Shown here: positions 1 through 10,152 of the stretch, piece after piece | Position numbering within the stretch: the first letter of the stretch is position 1 | Layout: each line of letters starts with the position of its first letter | Assembly (NCBI GenBank): GCA_965203175.1 | Contig: OZ241867.1 | Coordinates: forward strand, 6,368,001 to 6,432,000 | Source of the DNA: Candidatus Latescibacterota bacterium | GTDB taxonomy: Bacteria; Latescibacterota; UBA2968; UBA8231 | DNA length: 64,000 nucleotides | Reading direction: 5' to 3' | Position numbers and translations under genes: made by a program | Notes under the pieces: generated by a model | The model's database searches: none | Seen by the model: only the letters and a program-made list of their open reading frames with translations | Told to the model about the DNA's origin: nothing

Positions 1-170
1 TCGCCGGACTGGCCCGCTTCTGGGCCGAGCGCGCGTACGGCGAGACCATGCTCGCCACGGCGAGCAAACGCCGCATGGTCCACCTCGAACAGCGCATGGC
101 CAATGACGGCCACCTCAAAGAACTAGCGGCGAAGGCGCGGGCCGAGATGCCCGAGCCATCGCGGGGATAG
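1..170 (+). CDS. 3' end of a gene truncated by the window edge (hypothetical; possibly phytanoyl-CoA dioxygenase-like)
   Basis: Open frame from position 3 (AGLARFWAERAYGETM...EPSRG) ends in TAG at 168-170, 7 nt before the next ATG. The family is a weak guess. Confidence 0.5.
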   Translation, partial: AGLARFWAERAYGETMLATASKRRMVHLEQRMANDGHLKELAAKARAEMPEPSRG

Positions 171-177
171 GAAAATC

Positions 178-1104
178 ATGAGCGACCACTACGAATTCAA
201 GATGGGGATGTACCTCGGCGAGCTGCAGCAGCCCTTCGAGCAATCGCTGGCCACGGCGCGCGACCTCGGCGCGCACTACGTCTGGTGCGGCACCCACTCC
301 AACAATCGCAGCCTCTACGAGCTTGCCGACGACGAGATAGACCAAGCCGCTGAACAGGTCGCCGCACACGGTCTCAAGTTTTTCCTGCTCGACGGCGCGG
401 GGTTGTTCAAGACAGTGCACCTCGCCGAGCTTGAGCCGGGCAAGATGCTCGAACACGCCCAGTTCAAGGAGCACTTCACCAAGCTGGAACGAGCGATGGA
501 GGTTTCAGCCCGCTTGGGGATCGGTGCAGTCGGCTGCAGTAGCTTCGCCTGGCCAGCCGAGTACACCGGCGGCAAGCCCACTTGGCCGATGCGCTGGGCG
601 ACGCGCGGCGGCATCATCTCCGATGGCGACATGGAAAAGCTCGTCGAGGCGTTCTCCATGTTCGCCGACATCGCCGAGAAACACAACGTCGATATCGCCT
701 TCCTGATGATGCAGTGGAACTACGGCAACACCAGCCGCAACTTCCGCCGCATCGTCGAAGCCGTAGGCTCGCGGCGCTTCAAGGCGCTCTGGTGTCCAGC
801 CGACAACTACAATTGCGGCGAAGTCGATAACGCCACCGCTGGCTTCGAAAACCTGCGCCCCTACCTGTACGGCGTCCACGCCAAGGACCTGCGCACCATA
901 AACGGTTCAAAGCTCGAATTCGAATACACGCCCATCGGCGAGGGCCACGTCGATTACCCGACGATCCTGCGCAACCTGCGCGACAACCACTGCGACGTCG
1001 TCCTGTCGATCGCCACTCACTTCCTACCGGCAAGCGGCTCACGGCTCGAAGCCATGCAGACGAACTACGCCAACATCCGCAGGCTGATTGGTGAGGTGGC
1101 GTAG
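178..1104 (+). CDS. Sugar phosphate isomerase/epimerase family (xylose isomerase-like TIM barrel)
   Basis: 308 aa with 'VHAKD' and 'PIGEGHVDYPTILRNL' motifs; upstream GGA RBS. Confidence 0.8.
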   Translation: MSDHYEFKMGMYLGELQQPFEQSLATARDLGAHYVWCGTHSNNRSLYELADDEIDQAAEQVAAHGLKFFLLDGAGLFKTVHLAELEPGKMLEHAQFKEHFTKLERAMEVSARLGIGAVGCSSFAWPAEYTGGKPTWPMRWATRGGIISDGDMEKLVEAFSMFADIAEKHNVDIAFLMMQWNYGNTSRNFRRIVEAVGSRRFKALWCPADNYNCGEVDNATAGFENLRPYLYGVHAKDLRTINGSKLEFEYTPIGEGHVDYPTILRNLRDNHCDVVLSIATHFLPASGSRLEAMQTNYANIRRLIGEVA

Positions 1105-1131
1105 CTTCTACTGCTCAACAGGAGAACATCC

Positions 1132-1875
1132 ATGACTAGCTCAGCACAGGGCGACAGCGTCGTCATTCTATTCCGAGGTGGACGCTTACCTCAGTGGCAT
1201 CAACTCGACGACGAGCAGCGGCTCGCCTACGAGCGCCAGCACGTGGACCTAATGCTGTCCGTCTCCGAGCACCACAGCCTGATCGGCATACACGGGTACC
1301 GCCTGCTGACATCCCGCAACAGTTGGGAGCGCTTCTGGACCATTGAATTTCCGAACCTAGCCGGTGCCGAGGCCTGGATGTCGGCGGAGGTGGAGCCTCC
1401 GTACGGACACTACGGCTTCTACGACTACTCCCTCGCCCGCCGCTGGCAACCAGAGAGCCTAGCTTGGCTACCCCGCAAGCCCGAGCCCTCCATAGCCCCC
1501 GACGCGGACCCACACGTAATCCCACCCCTGACCGTCGATCCCTCCTCAATCGTCGTACTCGCCTTCGGCGGCTGGCGTCGCGGCTCCGACCAAGTTGATC
1601 CGCAGACGCGCGGCGACGAGAATCGCCAGCAACGACTGCAGGAGGTGGCCCGAGAGCACGACCTCATCCACGGGGAAGTCTTCCGCCTCCTCGGGACCAA
1701 CACCGAAGGCGAATTCCTCGGGATCTTAGAGTTTCCCCAGCTAGCCGGTGCTGAAGCTTGGATCGAAGCCGAGAAGGCACCACCCGCCGGGTCCTATCAC
1801 AAACGCAACTACCACCTCGCCAGACGCTGGGCACCCGAATACTTCGTCACCTGGCCGCCGAAGACAGGCGACTGA
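1132..1875 (+). CDS. Hypothetical protein with an internally duplicated domain (possibly chlorite dismutase-like dimeric alpha-beta barrel)
   Basis: AGGAG RBS; two copies of EFPxLAGAEAWxxAExxPPxGxY...YxLARRW; 'WHQLDDEQRLAYERQH' resembles Cld/HemQ helices. Confidence 0.6.
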   Translation: MTSSAQGDSVVILFRGGRLPQWHQLDDEQRLAYERQHVDLMLSVSEHHSLIGIHGYRLLTSRNSWERFWTIEFPNLAGAEAWMSAEVEPPYGHYGFYDYSLARRWQPESLAWLPRKPEPSIAPDADPHVIPPLTVDPSSIVVLAFGGWRRGSDQVDPQTRGDENRQQRLQEVAREHDLIHGEVFRLLGTNTEGEFLGILEFPQLAGAEAWIEAEKAPPAGSYHKRNYHLARRWAPEYFVTWPPKTGD

Positions 1876-1881
1876 GGAAAC

Positions 1882-2769
1882 ATGACGCGACTCCAACTCC
1901 TCTGCACCGGCACGCCCGCCCCGCTAGCCCATCGCGGCGGCTCCAGCTATCTAGTCCAGACGGGGGACGAGACCCTAATCTTCGACTGCGGCTCAGGATC
2001 GGTGCGACGCATGCTCGAAGCCGGCCTCGCCTTGCCCTCAATCGACCACCTGTTCCTGACCCACCTGCACTACGACCACTGCGTTGATTTCGCCTACCTA
2101 GTGCTGACGCGTTGGGACCAAGGCGTCGGCCAGATCCCGGAACTGCGGGTGTACGGCCCAGCACCGACGGCACACATGTCGCACCAGTTGTTCTCCGCCG
2201 ATGGCGCCTTCGGCCCGGACTTGGCAGCCCGGACCGAGCACCCGGGCAGCCACTTCGTGTACGAGGCGCGCGGCGGCGTGATGCCCAGGGAAAGACCCAA
2301 CCCCCAAGTGCGCGAGGTCGGGCACGGAGACCGGATCGAGACTGACGGCTGGCAGGTCGATGTGGCCGAGGTGGTACACGTGCAGCCGCAGCTCACCTGC
2401 CTAGCCTACCGCCTGACCACACCCGACGGTACCATCGTGTTCGGCGGCGACACGGCACCAGTGGACCGCCTCACCGAGCTGGCGAGAGGCGCGGACGTGC
2501 TGCTGCACATGTGCCACTTCATCAACGGCGTAGTCACCGACGGACGCCTGACCAACAGCTGCTCCGGCCACCTTGATGCAGCGGCCACGGCGCGGGACGC
2601 CGGCGTGAAGACGCTGGTCCTCGTTCATCTGACGGAGCAGCTAGAGACACCCGGTGTGCAGGAGCGCGTGCTGCACGAAGTGGGAGAGGTGTTCGACGGG
2701 CAGGTGATCCTCAGTCAGGACCTGCTCGAAGTGCCCCTAGGGACCATCGGCACGGAACCGGTGCGATGA
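1882..2769 (+). CDS. MBL-fold metallo-hydrolase, RNase Z/ElaC/AtsA-like
   Basis: N-terminal LCTGTP, FDCG, THLHYDH, GDT and LVLVH motifs. Confidence 0.85.
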   Translation: MTRLQLLCTGTPAPLAHRGGSSYLVQTGDETLIFDCGSGSVRRMLEAGLALPSIDHLFLTHLHYDHCVDFAYLVLTRWDQGVGQIPELRVYGPAPTAHMSHQLFSADGAFGPDLAARTEHPGSHFVYEARGGVMPRERPNPQVREVGHGDRIETDGWQVDVAEVVHVQPQLTCLAYRLTTPDGTIVFGGDTAPVDRLTELARGADVLLHMCHFINGVVTDGRLTNSCSGHLDAAATARDAGVKTLVLVHLTEQLETPGVQERVLHEVGEVFDGQVILSQDLLEVPLGTIGTEPVR

Positions 2770-2794
2770 GCACCGAAAGCGATGAGCCCCTAGC

Positions 2795-4420
2795 GTGAGC
2801 CCGCGCCCACCAGCGCCCAACTACGGGATCATCTTCAACAACGACGGCGGCTATCTGAAGCACGCCGAGTTCCCGATGTCCGTCGAGGATCTGCTGGAGC
2901 GGATCTACGGGGCCCTAACGGGGACCCAAGTCGGTGCCCTGGCGTGGTGTGTGGGGGTCGAGGAGGCACACTGGCCCTCGGACCGGCTGCCGATGATCGG
3001 CGAGGCAGAGGGCCGCCGGTACTTATCCGTCCGCGACATGCGCCGGGCGGAAAGCCTGCGGGCGATGTTCGATGCCGGCGTCGACCTGTACGGCCAACTC
3101 GTACGCCGCGGCCACCAGATGGGGCTCGGCGTGTACGCCTCGGTGCGCATGAACGACAACCACTTCTGGTCCGATGCTGAGCGCCGAGTCAAGCCGCTGA
3201 GGCCCGAGGAGATGGCAGCGACGGAGCGACCCCATCTCACGGCGTTCCGCAAGCGCCACCCGGAGTGGGTGCTCGGCGAGGGGGCACCGGCTTGGGCGGC
3301 CACGTCGTGGAACATGGCGGTGCCAGAGATCCGCGAGTACACCCTGCAACGCATCGCCGAGGTCTGCGAGCTGGCGGACTGGGACGGCGTCGAGCTCGAC
3401 TGGCAGCGCCATGCCTTCCACCTGCCCGAAGAGGACGCCTACCGCCTGCGCTATACCCTCACCGATCTGCAGCGCGCCGTGCGCCGCCTCACCGACGCGA
3501 TCGCCCAGCGGCGCGGACGGCCCTTCCACGTGATCGTGCGCGTCGGTGCCTCCCGGGAGACGAACCGGCGCGTCGGCTACGACCTAGAGGCCTGGATCGA
3601 GGAGAATCTGTGCGACATCGTCGTCACGGGAGCGAACTCGGGGACCGATCCGGGCGTGGAGGTGGAGGCCTACGTGGAGATGATGCAAGGCAGCCAGGTG
3701 CGACTGTATCCCGGGTTCGACAGCCACGGCGAGTGGGGGCGCGGGCACCTGCTGCCCACCGAGCGGTGGCGGGAGGCTTGGTTCCGCGGCCTGGCCACCG
3801 GCTTCTACGAGCGCGGTGCCACTGGCGTGCATCTGTTCAACTGGCACAACCACGTGCACGCGGTCCGGCCGCTGCTGCAGAGCCTCGGCGCACCCGACAG
3901 CCTGCGGCGCACGACCAAAGTGTACGCCGCGGTCAAGCGCCACATCCGCGACCGGAGCGAGCTGCGCTATGGCGCCGAGCGGGACGACCGACTGCGCGGC
4001 GAGGTACCCGTCGATCTGCTGCGCACGCTGGTGGGGGGCGGTCCGCAGGTCCACATCGGCGTGTACGAAGATGTGTCGGAGGACGCGATGCTGGAACTGC
4101 AGGTCGATCTCGACCACCTGTCGCCCCGGGACCAGATCGCCGTGGAGCTCAATGGGCAGCGGCTGGGGGACCCGGTGCGCCGCAGTCCGGCGGCCGAGGA
4201 TTCGGCGAATCCGGCGGACGTGTCCGAGAACACGTGGCTCGTCTGGCCGCTGGTCCCGGCACAGGTCGGCAAGGGCGTCCACCTCGTCAGCATCGACCTG
4301 CGCGAACGCGACCCGCATCTGCGACCGCCGGTCGTGGTGCAGAACGTGGAGATCCACGTCAGCTATCGCAGCGGTGGGAACACGAGCGCCGAATCACCCA
4401 TGTCGTGTCAAGCACCGTAG
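2795..4420 (+). CDS. Putative glycoside hydrolase-like TIM-barrel protein (GHL10/DUF187-like)
   Basis: IIFNNDG, SVRMND, HPEW, DGVELDWQRH and GVHLFN motifs; beta-rich C-terminal domain. Confidence 0.6.
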   Translation: MSPRPPAPNYGIIFNNDGGYLKHAEFPMSVEDLLERIYGALTGTQVGALAWCVGVEEAHWPSDRLPMIGEAEGRRYLSVRDMRRAESLRAMFDAGVDLYGQLVRRGHQMGLGVYASVRMNDNHFWSDAERRVKPLRPEEMAATERPHLTAFRKRHPEWVLGEGAPAWAATSWNMAVPEIREYTLQRIAEVCELADWDGVELDWQRHAFHLPEEDAYRLRYTLTDLQRAVRRLTDAIAQRRGRPFHVIVRVGASRETNRRVGYDLEAWIEENLCDIVVTGANSGTDPGVEVEAYVEMMQGSQVRLYPGFDSHGEWGRGHLLPTERWREAWFRGLATGFYERGATGVHLFNWHNHVHAVRPLLQSLGAPDSLRRTTKVYAAVKRHIRDRSELRYGAERDDRLRGEVPVDLLRTLVGGGPQVHIGVYEDVSEDAMLELQVDLDHLSPRDQIAVELNGQRLGDPVRRSPAAEDSANPADVSENTWLVWPLVPAQVGKGVHLVSIDLRERDPHLRPPVVVQNVEIHVSYRSGGNTSAESPMSCQAP

Positions 4421-4422
4421 AG

Positions 4423-5307
4423 TTACCGGACGGGCTCCCTAGCCCCACTTTGGACGATGGCGTCTCTCACGATCCTGAATCCCTGGAGAATGTTGTATCC
4501 CGTACTCGGTACAGAGGCCGACCTCGCTGCGGAACGGGCGAACAGGGATGAACTGTTCCTGCTTCCTCCCCGGACGGCTCGGAGATCGCCCCGCCAAGGC
4601 CGGGCAGGACCGACGAAACCGTTGTGCACATATTCGCTTGGTCTGTTCAAGCACCACTCCCGGGCGTTCCCATACATGTCGAACAACCCCCAAGGGTTCG
4701 GTTTCTTCTGGCCAACCGGATGTGGGGGGGCCATTCCGTCAGCGGCCGAATTCGCGAAGACCCAGGCGTGCTCTCCAAGCTCGTCGTCCGAGTCACCGAA
4801 GTACCAGATCGTATCCGTACCTGCGCGACAGGCATACTCCCACTCCTCCTCCGTAGGGAGCCGGTACAGATCGGCATCAAGGGCCCGATTTAGTGTCGCG
4901 ACAAACCCGACCGCCCGGTCCCATGAGATGCAAACCGCCGGCGCATCTGGATCGTACGGAAGGGAATGGCCCCAAGGTGTGGTGCCCATCACCGAGACCC
5001 ACTGTTTCTGAGTTATCTCGTACTGACCCATATAGAAGCCGCTCGTCTGGAAGAGATGCGCGGGTTGCTCTCCTTCGACCTCTGTTTTGTGGGCACCAAG
5101 GACGAGCAGCCGCTTCGCTCTCTCCGGCGTCGTGCCGATCGCGTCACTACCAGATGGAATCCAGCGGAGGATGATGCGCTCACCGCCCGGGAGATAGGCA
5201 GCTATCTCCTCGCCGGGCGACGGCTGGACGACGGTTTGCGCCTGTAACGGCAGAATCGCGGAGATTGCGGCGATCAGCGTTGACCGGAGATACGCCAATA
5301 CTCGCAT
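4423..5307 (-). CDS. Formylglycine-generating enzyme (SUMF1/FGE-sulfatase) domain protein, secreted
   Basis: Signal peptide; YEITQKQW, RLPTEEEWEYACRAG, KPNPWGLFDMYGNAREW, RGGS and GFRIV motifs; catalytic Cys pair absent. Confidence 0.85.
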   Translation of the reverse strand: MRVLAYLRSTLIAAISAILPLQAQTVVQPSPGEEIAAYLPGGERIILRWIPSGSDAIGTTPERAKRLLVLGAHKTEVEGEQPAHLFQTSGFYMGQYEITQKQWVSVMGTTPWGHSLPYDPDAPAVCISWDRAVGFVATLNRALDADLYRLPTEEEWEYACRAGTDTIWYFGDSDDELGEHAWVFANSAADGMAPPHPVGQKKPNPWGLFDMYGNAREWCLNRPSEYVHNGFVGPARPWRGDLRAVRGGSRNSSSLFARSAARSASVPSTGYNILQGFRIVRDAIVQSGAREPVR

Positions 5308-5313
5308 AGGGCT

Positions 5314-7728
5314 TCATCGGGTCGGAATGACGAAATAGGGCGTCTGGATGCGCCAGTCCGGCCAGCGGGTGGCCTGCTCATCGCCGAAGAGGAACTCAAA
5401 GAACACCATCAGATCCCAAGCGGGATCAATGGAATCACCGGGAATCACCGCTCGATGCCCATCGCCGTCGGAGTGCATATCGACGCGGTCGAAGTCCAAG
5501 GCTTGATGGGCGATTCGGTGATAGCAGCGGACGGTGGATGGGGTTGGAGATTCGCACCGGATGCGAAGCTCTAGGTCGCGCCCCGCCGTAGCGCAGTCCG
5601 GAGGAGCGAAGGTCACCGTCAGCGGATCGAGATGGACGTCACCGCCGGGGAAAGGTCCAAAGTCGGCGGACGAAATCTCCGGCTGTTCCGCAATGAGCGC
5701 GTCAATAGCCGCCAAGTCGCGCTCGATCACAACCAAATCGTCCCGCCACTGACCTACGTGGCCCTTCTCGCGAAACCCAAAAACCAAATCGTCGCAGTAA
5801 GCATCCTCAGCCGCCGCAAACAAGGCCGCCCAATGGTCTTGTGCCTGGAGCAAGTGTTGTTGGACGGAGGACAGGCGACGGACCTCACCAGCCTGACGGT
5901 GAAAAGCGAGATGGACGGCTGCCAGTTGGCGGTAGGCATGGTACTCAGCCAAATGGGCGAACAAGGTGAAGTCGAGCAGCGTATGGCGCAGCTCCGGCTC
6001 CGTCGAATCTCCACCGAGGCCGGTTAGCAAGCCGCGCACCTGAGCGGCTAGCTGGCGCAGGTAATGGGCGACATGGGGCGGCGTCCATTTGCCGCAGAGC
6101 CGATTGCCCAACGCGTCTTCCACGTACTCGTCGATGCCGTAAAACCGAGTCGGGTCGCTGGGCTCGACCTGCGCGTCCTCCGCCAAGCTACGACCGGCGA
6201 AGCGCTCGGGCCAGAAGGTCCAAAGGCTAGCCGAATGCTGCAACACCACGGTGAGCAGAGGCAAAATCTGACCGCCGATGCTATAGAGGTCTTCCACGGA
6301 AGCGGCGGCAGTACCAAAGCGATGACTCAACTCCCGCTGCCAGACTTCAGAAGAAGCGTCCGGGTCGTAGCCCAAATGACCAAACAACAAGTAAAACATC
6401 CAGTGCCGCCGATGCTCCTCAGCGTGAGACCGAAAGGCAGGATCGGTGTTAGCTGACCACGGCGGCTGCTCGCCGCGGACCCCTTTGTTCGTCAGCGGTG
6501 CCATCACCTCAAAACCATCGCCGCCAAAGGTGCAGGAGCCAGCGAACCGCCGCACCCATTCGGGATCGGCCCACAGCAGCACGCGCTGGCTTCCCGCGCT
6601 CCACAGACGGTGGATCAGCGCAAAGGAGCGCGGCTTGCGCAGCAAATCCCAAGTGCCGTAGCGGCGGTAGTTTTTCTGGTCGAACTGCTGAATGGCCGGC
6701 ATGGGATAGGGCATGCCCAAATGTTCGCACCAGTGCTTGGTAGAAATCACCATGTCCGGAACGAGCTTCTGGGCGAGTTCGATAGTGTCGTCGGCAAGCC
6801 CCTTGGCGCGCAGGTCTAAGCGAATGGGACGACCGCATTCGGCAATGGCGCGAAACTGCGGCTCGTAGTACTCGGCTTGGCGATCCTCGGCAACGCCGGA
6901 CTCGTAGTTCATGCGAAACTGAACCCCGTCAATCTCTGGACATGAGGCGAGCAAGCGCGCGAGTCCAGCCGCATTGTATTGCGCTCGGATCTCAGGCGTA
7001 AGCCCCTCCACCATAGAATCCCCGTAGTCCTGAGCGTGCTGAGACCAGACTCCAAAGGTGAAGTGCAGACCGCGCTGACGAGTCCACTCGGCGATGCGAA
7101 TCAGCATGTCCAGACGCCGGGCACACTGTTCTGCGGTAAAACCGATGGGACGGACCTGGGGAAATTCGGGGACTTCCAACAGAAAGGGGTACGGTGGAGA
7201 CAAGTAAGCAATCTGGTGGCCGAAAGTGAGACTCAGATTGTTGTAGCGGCAGCGCGCCAGCCGCTCCAAGTACTCGTCCCAAAACTCCTCGTCGTAGAAC
7301 CAAGCCTCTTCGAGCCGACGGTTGCAGAGGAACAGTTGCATGCTGCGCCAAGCCAAGTGCGGCGATTGGATCGCAGGAGCGATTGCCGCGCAAACGTCAA
7401 CTCCTGGCGGGGCCAGTTCGACGGCGCGCGCCGCTTCGAACAATGCGTACATCAGGCCGCGTTCATCCCTGCCGCAAATGAGGAATCCGCCAGCAGCAAG
7501 ATGGTGGAGAACCAAAGATTCGGGTGCGTCGGGACAGCGCGCGCCAGCGCGAGCAAGGGCATCCTCCACGACCGACGACTGACCAGCTAGGCCGATGATG
7601 AAATCGGGATCTGGTCCGGGCGCGGCTGTGACCTCAACGGATTCCCCGCGCGTGCCGAGGGCGCGAGTCAACTCTTCCAACGCCCAGCGGGCGGCGCGGG
7701 GTAGCTCTGTGTCAACGACTAGATTCAT
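5314..7728 (-). CDS. Large hypothetical protein, probable glycoside hydrolase-like
   Basis: 804 aa; N-terminal 'PESLVL...GRDERGLMYAL' resembles the GH20/GH67 N-terminal domain, followed by a TIM-barrel-like region. Confidence 0.55.
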   Translation of the reverse strand: MNLVVDTELPRAARWALEELTRALGTRGESVEVTAAPGPDPDFIIGLAGQSSVVEDALARAGARCPDAPESLVLHHLAAGGFLICGRDERGLMYALFEAARAVELAPPGVDVCAAIAPAIQSPHLAWRSMQLFLCNRRLEEAWFYDEEFWDEYLERLARCRYNNLSLTFGHQIAYLSPPYPFLLEVPEFPQVRPIGFTAEQCARRLDMLIRIAEWTRQRGLHFTFGVWSQHAQDYGDSMVEGLTPEIRAQYNAAGLARLLASCPEIDGVQFRMNYESGVAEDRQAEYYEPQFRAIAECGRPIRLDLRAKGLADDTIELAQKLVPDMVISTKHWCEHLGMPYPMPAIQQFDQKNYRRYGTWDLLRKPRSFALIHRLWSAGSQRVLLWADPEWVRRFAGSCTFGGDGFEVMAPLTNKGVRGEQPPWSANTDPAFRSHAEEHRRHWMFYLLFGHLGYDPDASSEVWQRELSHRFGTAAASVEDLYSIGGQILPLLTVVLQHSASLWTFWPERFAGRSLAEDAQVEPSDPTRFYGIDEYVEDALGNRLCGKWTPPHVAHYLRQLAAQVRGLLTGLGGDSTEPELRHTLLDFTLFAHLAEYHAYRQLAAVHLAFHRQAGEVRRLSSVQQHLLQAQDHWAALFAAAEDAYCDDLVFGFREKGHVGQWRDDLVVIERDLAAIDALIAEQPEISSADFGPFPGGDVHLDPLTVTFAPPDCATAGRDLELRIRCESPTPSTVRCYHRIAHQALDFDRVDMHSDGDGHRAVIPGDSIDPAWDLMVFFEFLFGDEQATRWPDWRIQTPYFVIPTR

Positions 7729-7803
7729 ACGCTGGTCATTTCCGCTGGCCCGAGGTCCGTCTCAGCTCTTTCGCGGCCTCGTAATACAGCATCAAACGAC
7801 GCG

Positions 7804-8232
7804 CTAAGCGAGTGGATGGCGCCAGCGCAGGTCGGGAAAGCGGCTGAAGTCGCGGTCGGTAGTGATCCATTCGCTGCCTGACTCAATGGCTAGGGCGGCC
7901 AAATACGCATCCTGTACCAGATTCCCCTTGCACTGCACCTGCCGACAAAGCCGGGTAAATATCTCCCAATGGCGTGCGCCGGGCGCGATGGCTACGCGAT
8001 TGGGACGATCGCGGATTTGGTCTGCGAAAGTCAGCGCTGTGTCCAGCGGGCTGGGCGGATCGAAGATGCGGCTGTGAGTAGCGATGCGGAGAAAGCTAGA
8101 CAACACGAGGTCGGTCAGGCCATAGGCTTGGGGGCCGTGGATCAGTTCTTCCAACCAAGCCCGATAAGCTGGGTGATCGGGGATTTCCTCGCGGTGGGCG
8201 TAGAGCAGGACATTGACGTCAAGCAGGACCAC
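7804..8232 (-). CDS. vapC: Type II toxin VapC (PIN domain)
   Basis: LLDVNVLLYA, GNLVQDAYLAALA and TTDRDFSRF motifs; overlaps the upstream antitoxin gene. Confidence 0.92.
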   Translation of the reverse strand: MVLLDVNVLLYAHREEIPDHPAYRAWLEELIHGPQAYGLTDLVLSSFLRIATHSRIFDPPSPLDTALTFADQIRDRPNRVAIAPGARHWEIFTRLCRQVQCKGNLVQDAYLAALAIESGSEWITTDRDFSRFPDLRWRHPLA

Positions 8233-8470
8233 TATCCCGCTCCATCAGGTCGAGGAGGGACGAAGTATCGTCCAAATCGACGCCGGGCTGCACGCCTCGC
8301 CCTTTGAAGGTTTTCAAAGGGACGCGAGTCTGTGGCCGAGTAGCCTCCGTGCGCGCCAAGGCTTCGCGCAGCGCATCCTCGATCACCGCCTTGAGTGTGC
8401 GACCCGTCTGCGCAGCGTGTTGCTTGGCCTCTAACAGCAACTGGTCATCCAACTGAATCGTCGTTCTCAT
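8219..8470 (-). CDS. vapB: Type II antitoxin VapB (ribbon-helix-helix)
   Basis: MRTTIQLDDQLLLEAK...GVDLDD; true ATG at 8470 (the ORF track extends it too far). Confidence 0.88.
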   Translation of the reverse strand: MRTTIQLDDQLLLEAKQHAAQTGRTLKAVIEDALREALARTEATRPQTRVPLKTFKGRGVQPGVDLDDTSSLLDLMERDSGPA

Positions 8471-8477
8471 ACATAAA

Positions 8478-8506
8478 AGCATATGATATATACATAAATA
8501 TGGCAA
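8478..8506 (-). promoter_or_regulatory. sigma70-like promoter of vapBC, probably leaderless
   Basis: Minus strand TTGCCA-N17-TATGCT, 7 nt before the vapB ATG. Confidence 0.6.
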
Positions 8507-8543
8507 TTGCCCTTTTAAATTACCGGACGTTAGATTGCTCGTC

Positions 8544-10124
8544 ATGGCGGACTCTACGTACGACGGCATCATCCTTGGAACCGGCCACAACAGCCTGATC
8601 CTGCAGGCCTACCTGTGCCGAGCCGGCCTACGCGTCGTCAGCCTAGAGCGAAACGCCGTGCCCGGCGGCGGACTGCGCACCGAAGAGTGGCCAGTCGGCT
8701 CCGGATTCCTGCACAACACTCACTCGTTCTACCACCGAGGCGTGACCCGGATGCCGTGGTACGCCGAACTCGAACTCGAGCGGCACGGTGCCCACTATCT
8801 CGAGCCCGATCTGAACGTGGCCATGCTACTCCCGGAAGGACGCTCCCTGACTTGGTGGACGGACTTCGAGCGCACCGCCGACTCCTTCGCTCAGTTCAGC
8901 CGCCGAGACGCCGCTACCTTGCGCCGCTGGCGCGAAGCGTTCCTGCCCATCGTGACGAAGATTCTGGAACCCGAGGCGCAGGCACCCCCACTACCAGCCC
9001 CAGAGCGCCAGCGCCGCTTGGAAGCCACGACCGAGGGTCGCCTGCTACTAGAAACAAGCGCCTACTCCCCACGCGAGTTTGTGCTGCGCGAGTTCGAGAA
9101 CCCAGCGGTGCAGGCCGGCCTCCTGTTCTTCAATGGCCTGCGCGAAGTCGATCCGCGCACGCCCGGCTTCGGCCACCACATCCCAGCGCTGTTGGCCGCC
9201 CGCGGCAAGGCGCAAATGTGCATCGGCGGGTCGTCACGGCTGGCCAAAGCCCTCGTCTCCGCCGTCGCCGAAGCCGGGGGCGAAGTGCGCACCAACGTCG
9301 AGTTGACGCAGATCGCGGTGCAACCTGTCGCCAACGAGCCAAGCCGGGCCGCCGGAGTCGTCACGACCGCAGGCGAGCGAATCGACGCCCGCCATTTCAT
9401 CGCCTCGGGCCTCAACCCGCAGCAGACCTTCCTCGATCTGATTGATCCTGCGCACTTGCCAGCTTCCTGGCGCGACCAAGCCGCCGCGTTTCGCTACAAC
9501 CTGCTGGCACCCCTGTTCGGCCTCTACCTCAACCTCGACGAAGCCCCGCTCTACTCGGCGGCCGAGGCCAACCCCGAGTTGGACGACGCCTTCATGGTCC
9601 TCCTCGGCTTGCAGTCAGTGACCGACTTCGACGACATAGTACGGGCGCACGAGCAGGGCCAGTTGCCGCCGACGGTAATGTGGGGATCCTGTCCCAGCCG
9701 CTTCGACGCCACCCAAGCACCCGACAATGCCCATACCGCTTTCATGTGGGAAAAGGTGCCCTTCCGCCTGCGCGGCCGCGCCGATCATTGGGACGCAGAG
9801 GCCGCAGCCCACGGCCACCGCATGCTCGACGCTTGGGCCGATTTCGCACCGAACCTGCGGGATGTCGTGCGCGAGCACATGATCCGCCCGGCCCACCACA
9901 TTCCCAAGCGGCTGCCGAACATGCGCAACGGCGACCTACTAGTAGGCTCCCTCGGCCACGGCCAGGTCGGCTACAACCGGCCCTTCCCAGGCGCTGGCCA
10001 CTACCGGGGCTATCTAACAGGTCTATACCTGTGCGGTTCGTGCTGCCACCCGTCGGGGAACATCACTGGGCTGCCGGGTTACAATGCGTGGCAGGTGATC
10101 GCCGCGGATCTAGGGTTGAATTGA
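8544..10124 (+). CDS. Phytoene dehydrogenase-like FAD-dependent oxidoreductase (COG1233)
   Basis: Rossmann motif 'DGIILGTGHNSL...ERNAVPGGG'; C-terminal 'GLYLCGSCCHPSGNITGLPGYNA'. Confidence 0.85.
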   Translation: MADSTYDGIILGTGHNSLILQAYLCRAGLRVVSLERNAVPGGGLRTEEWPVGSGFLHNTHSFYHRGVTRMPWYAELELERHGAHYLEPDLNVAMLLPEGRSLTWWTDFERTADSFAQFSRRDAATLRRWREAFLPIVTKILEPEAQAPPLPAPERQRRLEATTEGRLLLETSAYSPREFVLREFENPAVQAGLLFFNGLREVDPRTPGFGHHIPALLAARGKAQMCIGGSSRLAKALVSAVAEAGGEVRTNVELTQIAVQPVANEPSRAAGVVTTAGERIDARHFIASGLNPQQTFLDLIDPAHLPASWRDQAAAFRYNLLAPLFGLYLNLDEAPLYSAAEANPELDDAFMVLLGLQSVTDFDDIVRAHEQGQLPPTVMWGSCPSRFDATQAPDNAHTAFMWEKVPFRLRGRADHWDAEAAAHGHRMLDAWADFAPNLRDVVREHMIRPAHHIPKRLPNMRNGDLLVGSLGHGQVGYNRPFPGAGHYRGYLTGLYLCGSCCHPSGNITGLPGYNAWQVIAADLGLN

Positions 10125-10152
10125 CGGGACCGGCGGTCTCCACCTGACTCTG

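Noticed and set aside
3265-4551. Long alternative-frame or antisense ORFs (also 31359-32933, 38115-39413, 47447-48550)
   Set aside because: Arg/Pro/Ala-rich or antisense shadows of well-supported genes, expected in GC-rich DNA
4423-4620. FGE/C-type lectin-fold protein as a diversity-generating retroelement target
   Set aside because: No reverse transcriptase and no adenine-variant template repeat is visible in the window
8544-10124. Carotenoid biosynthesis (crtI)
   Set aside because: No crtB or crtE nearby; this is the broad COG1233 oxidoreductase family
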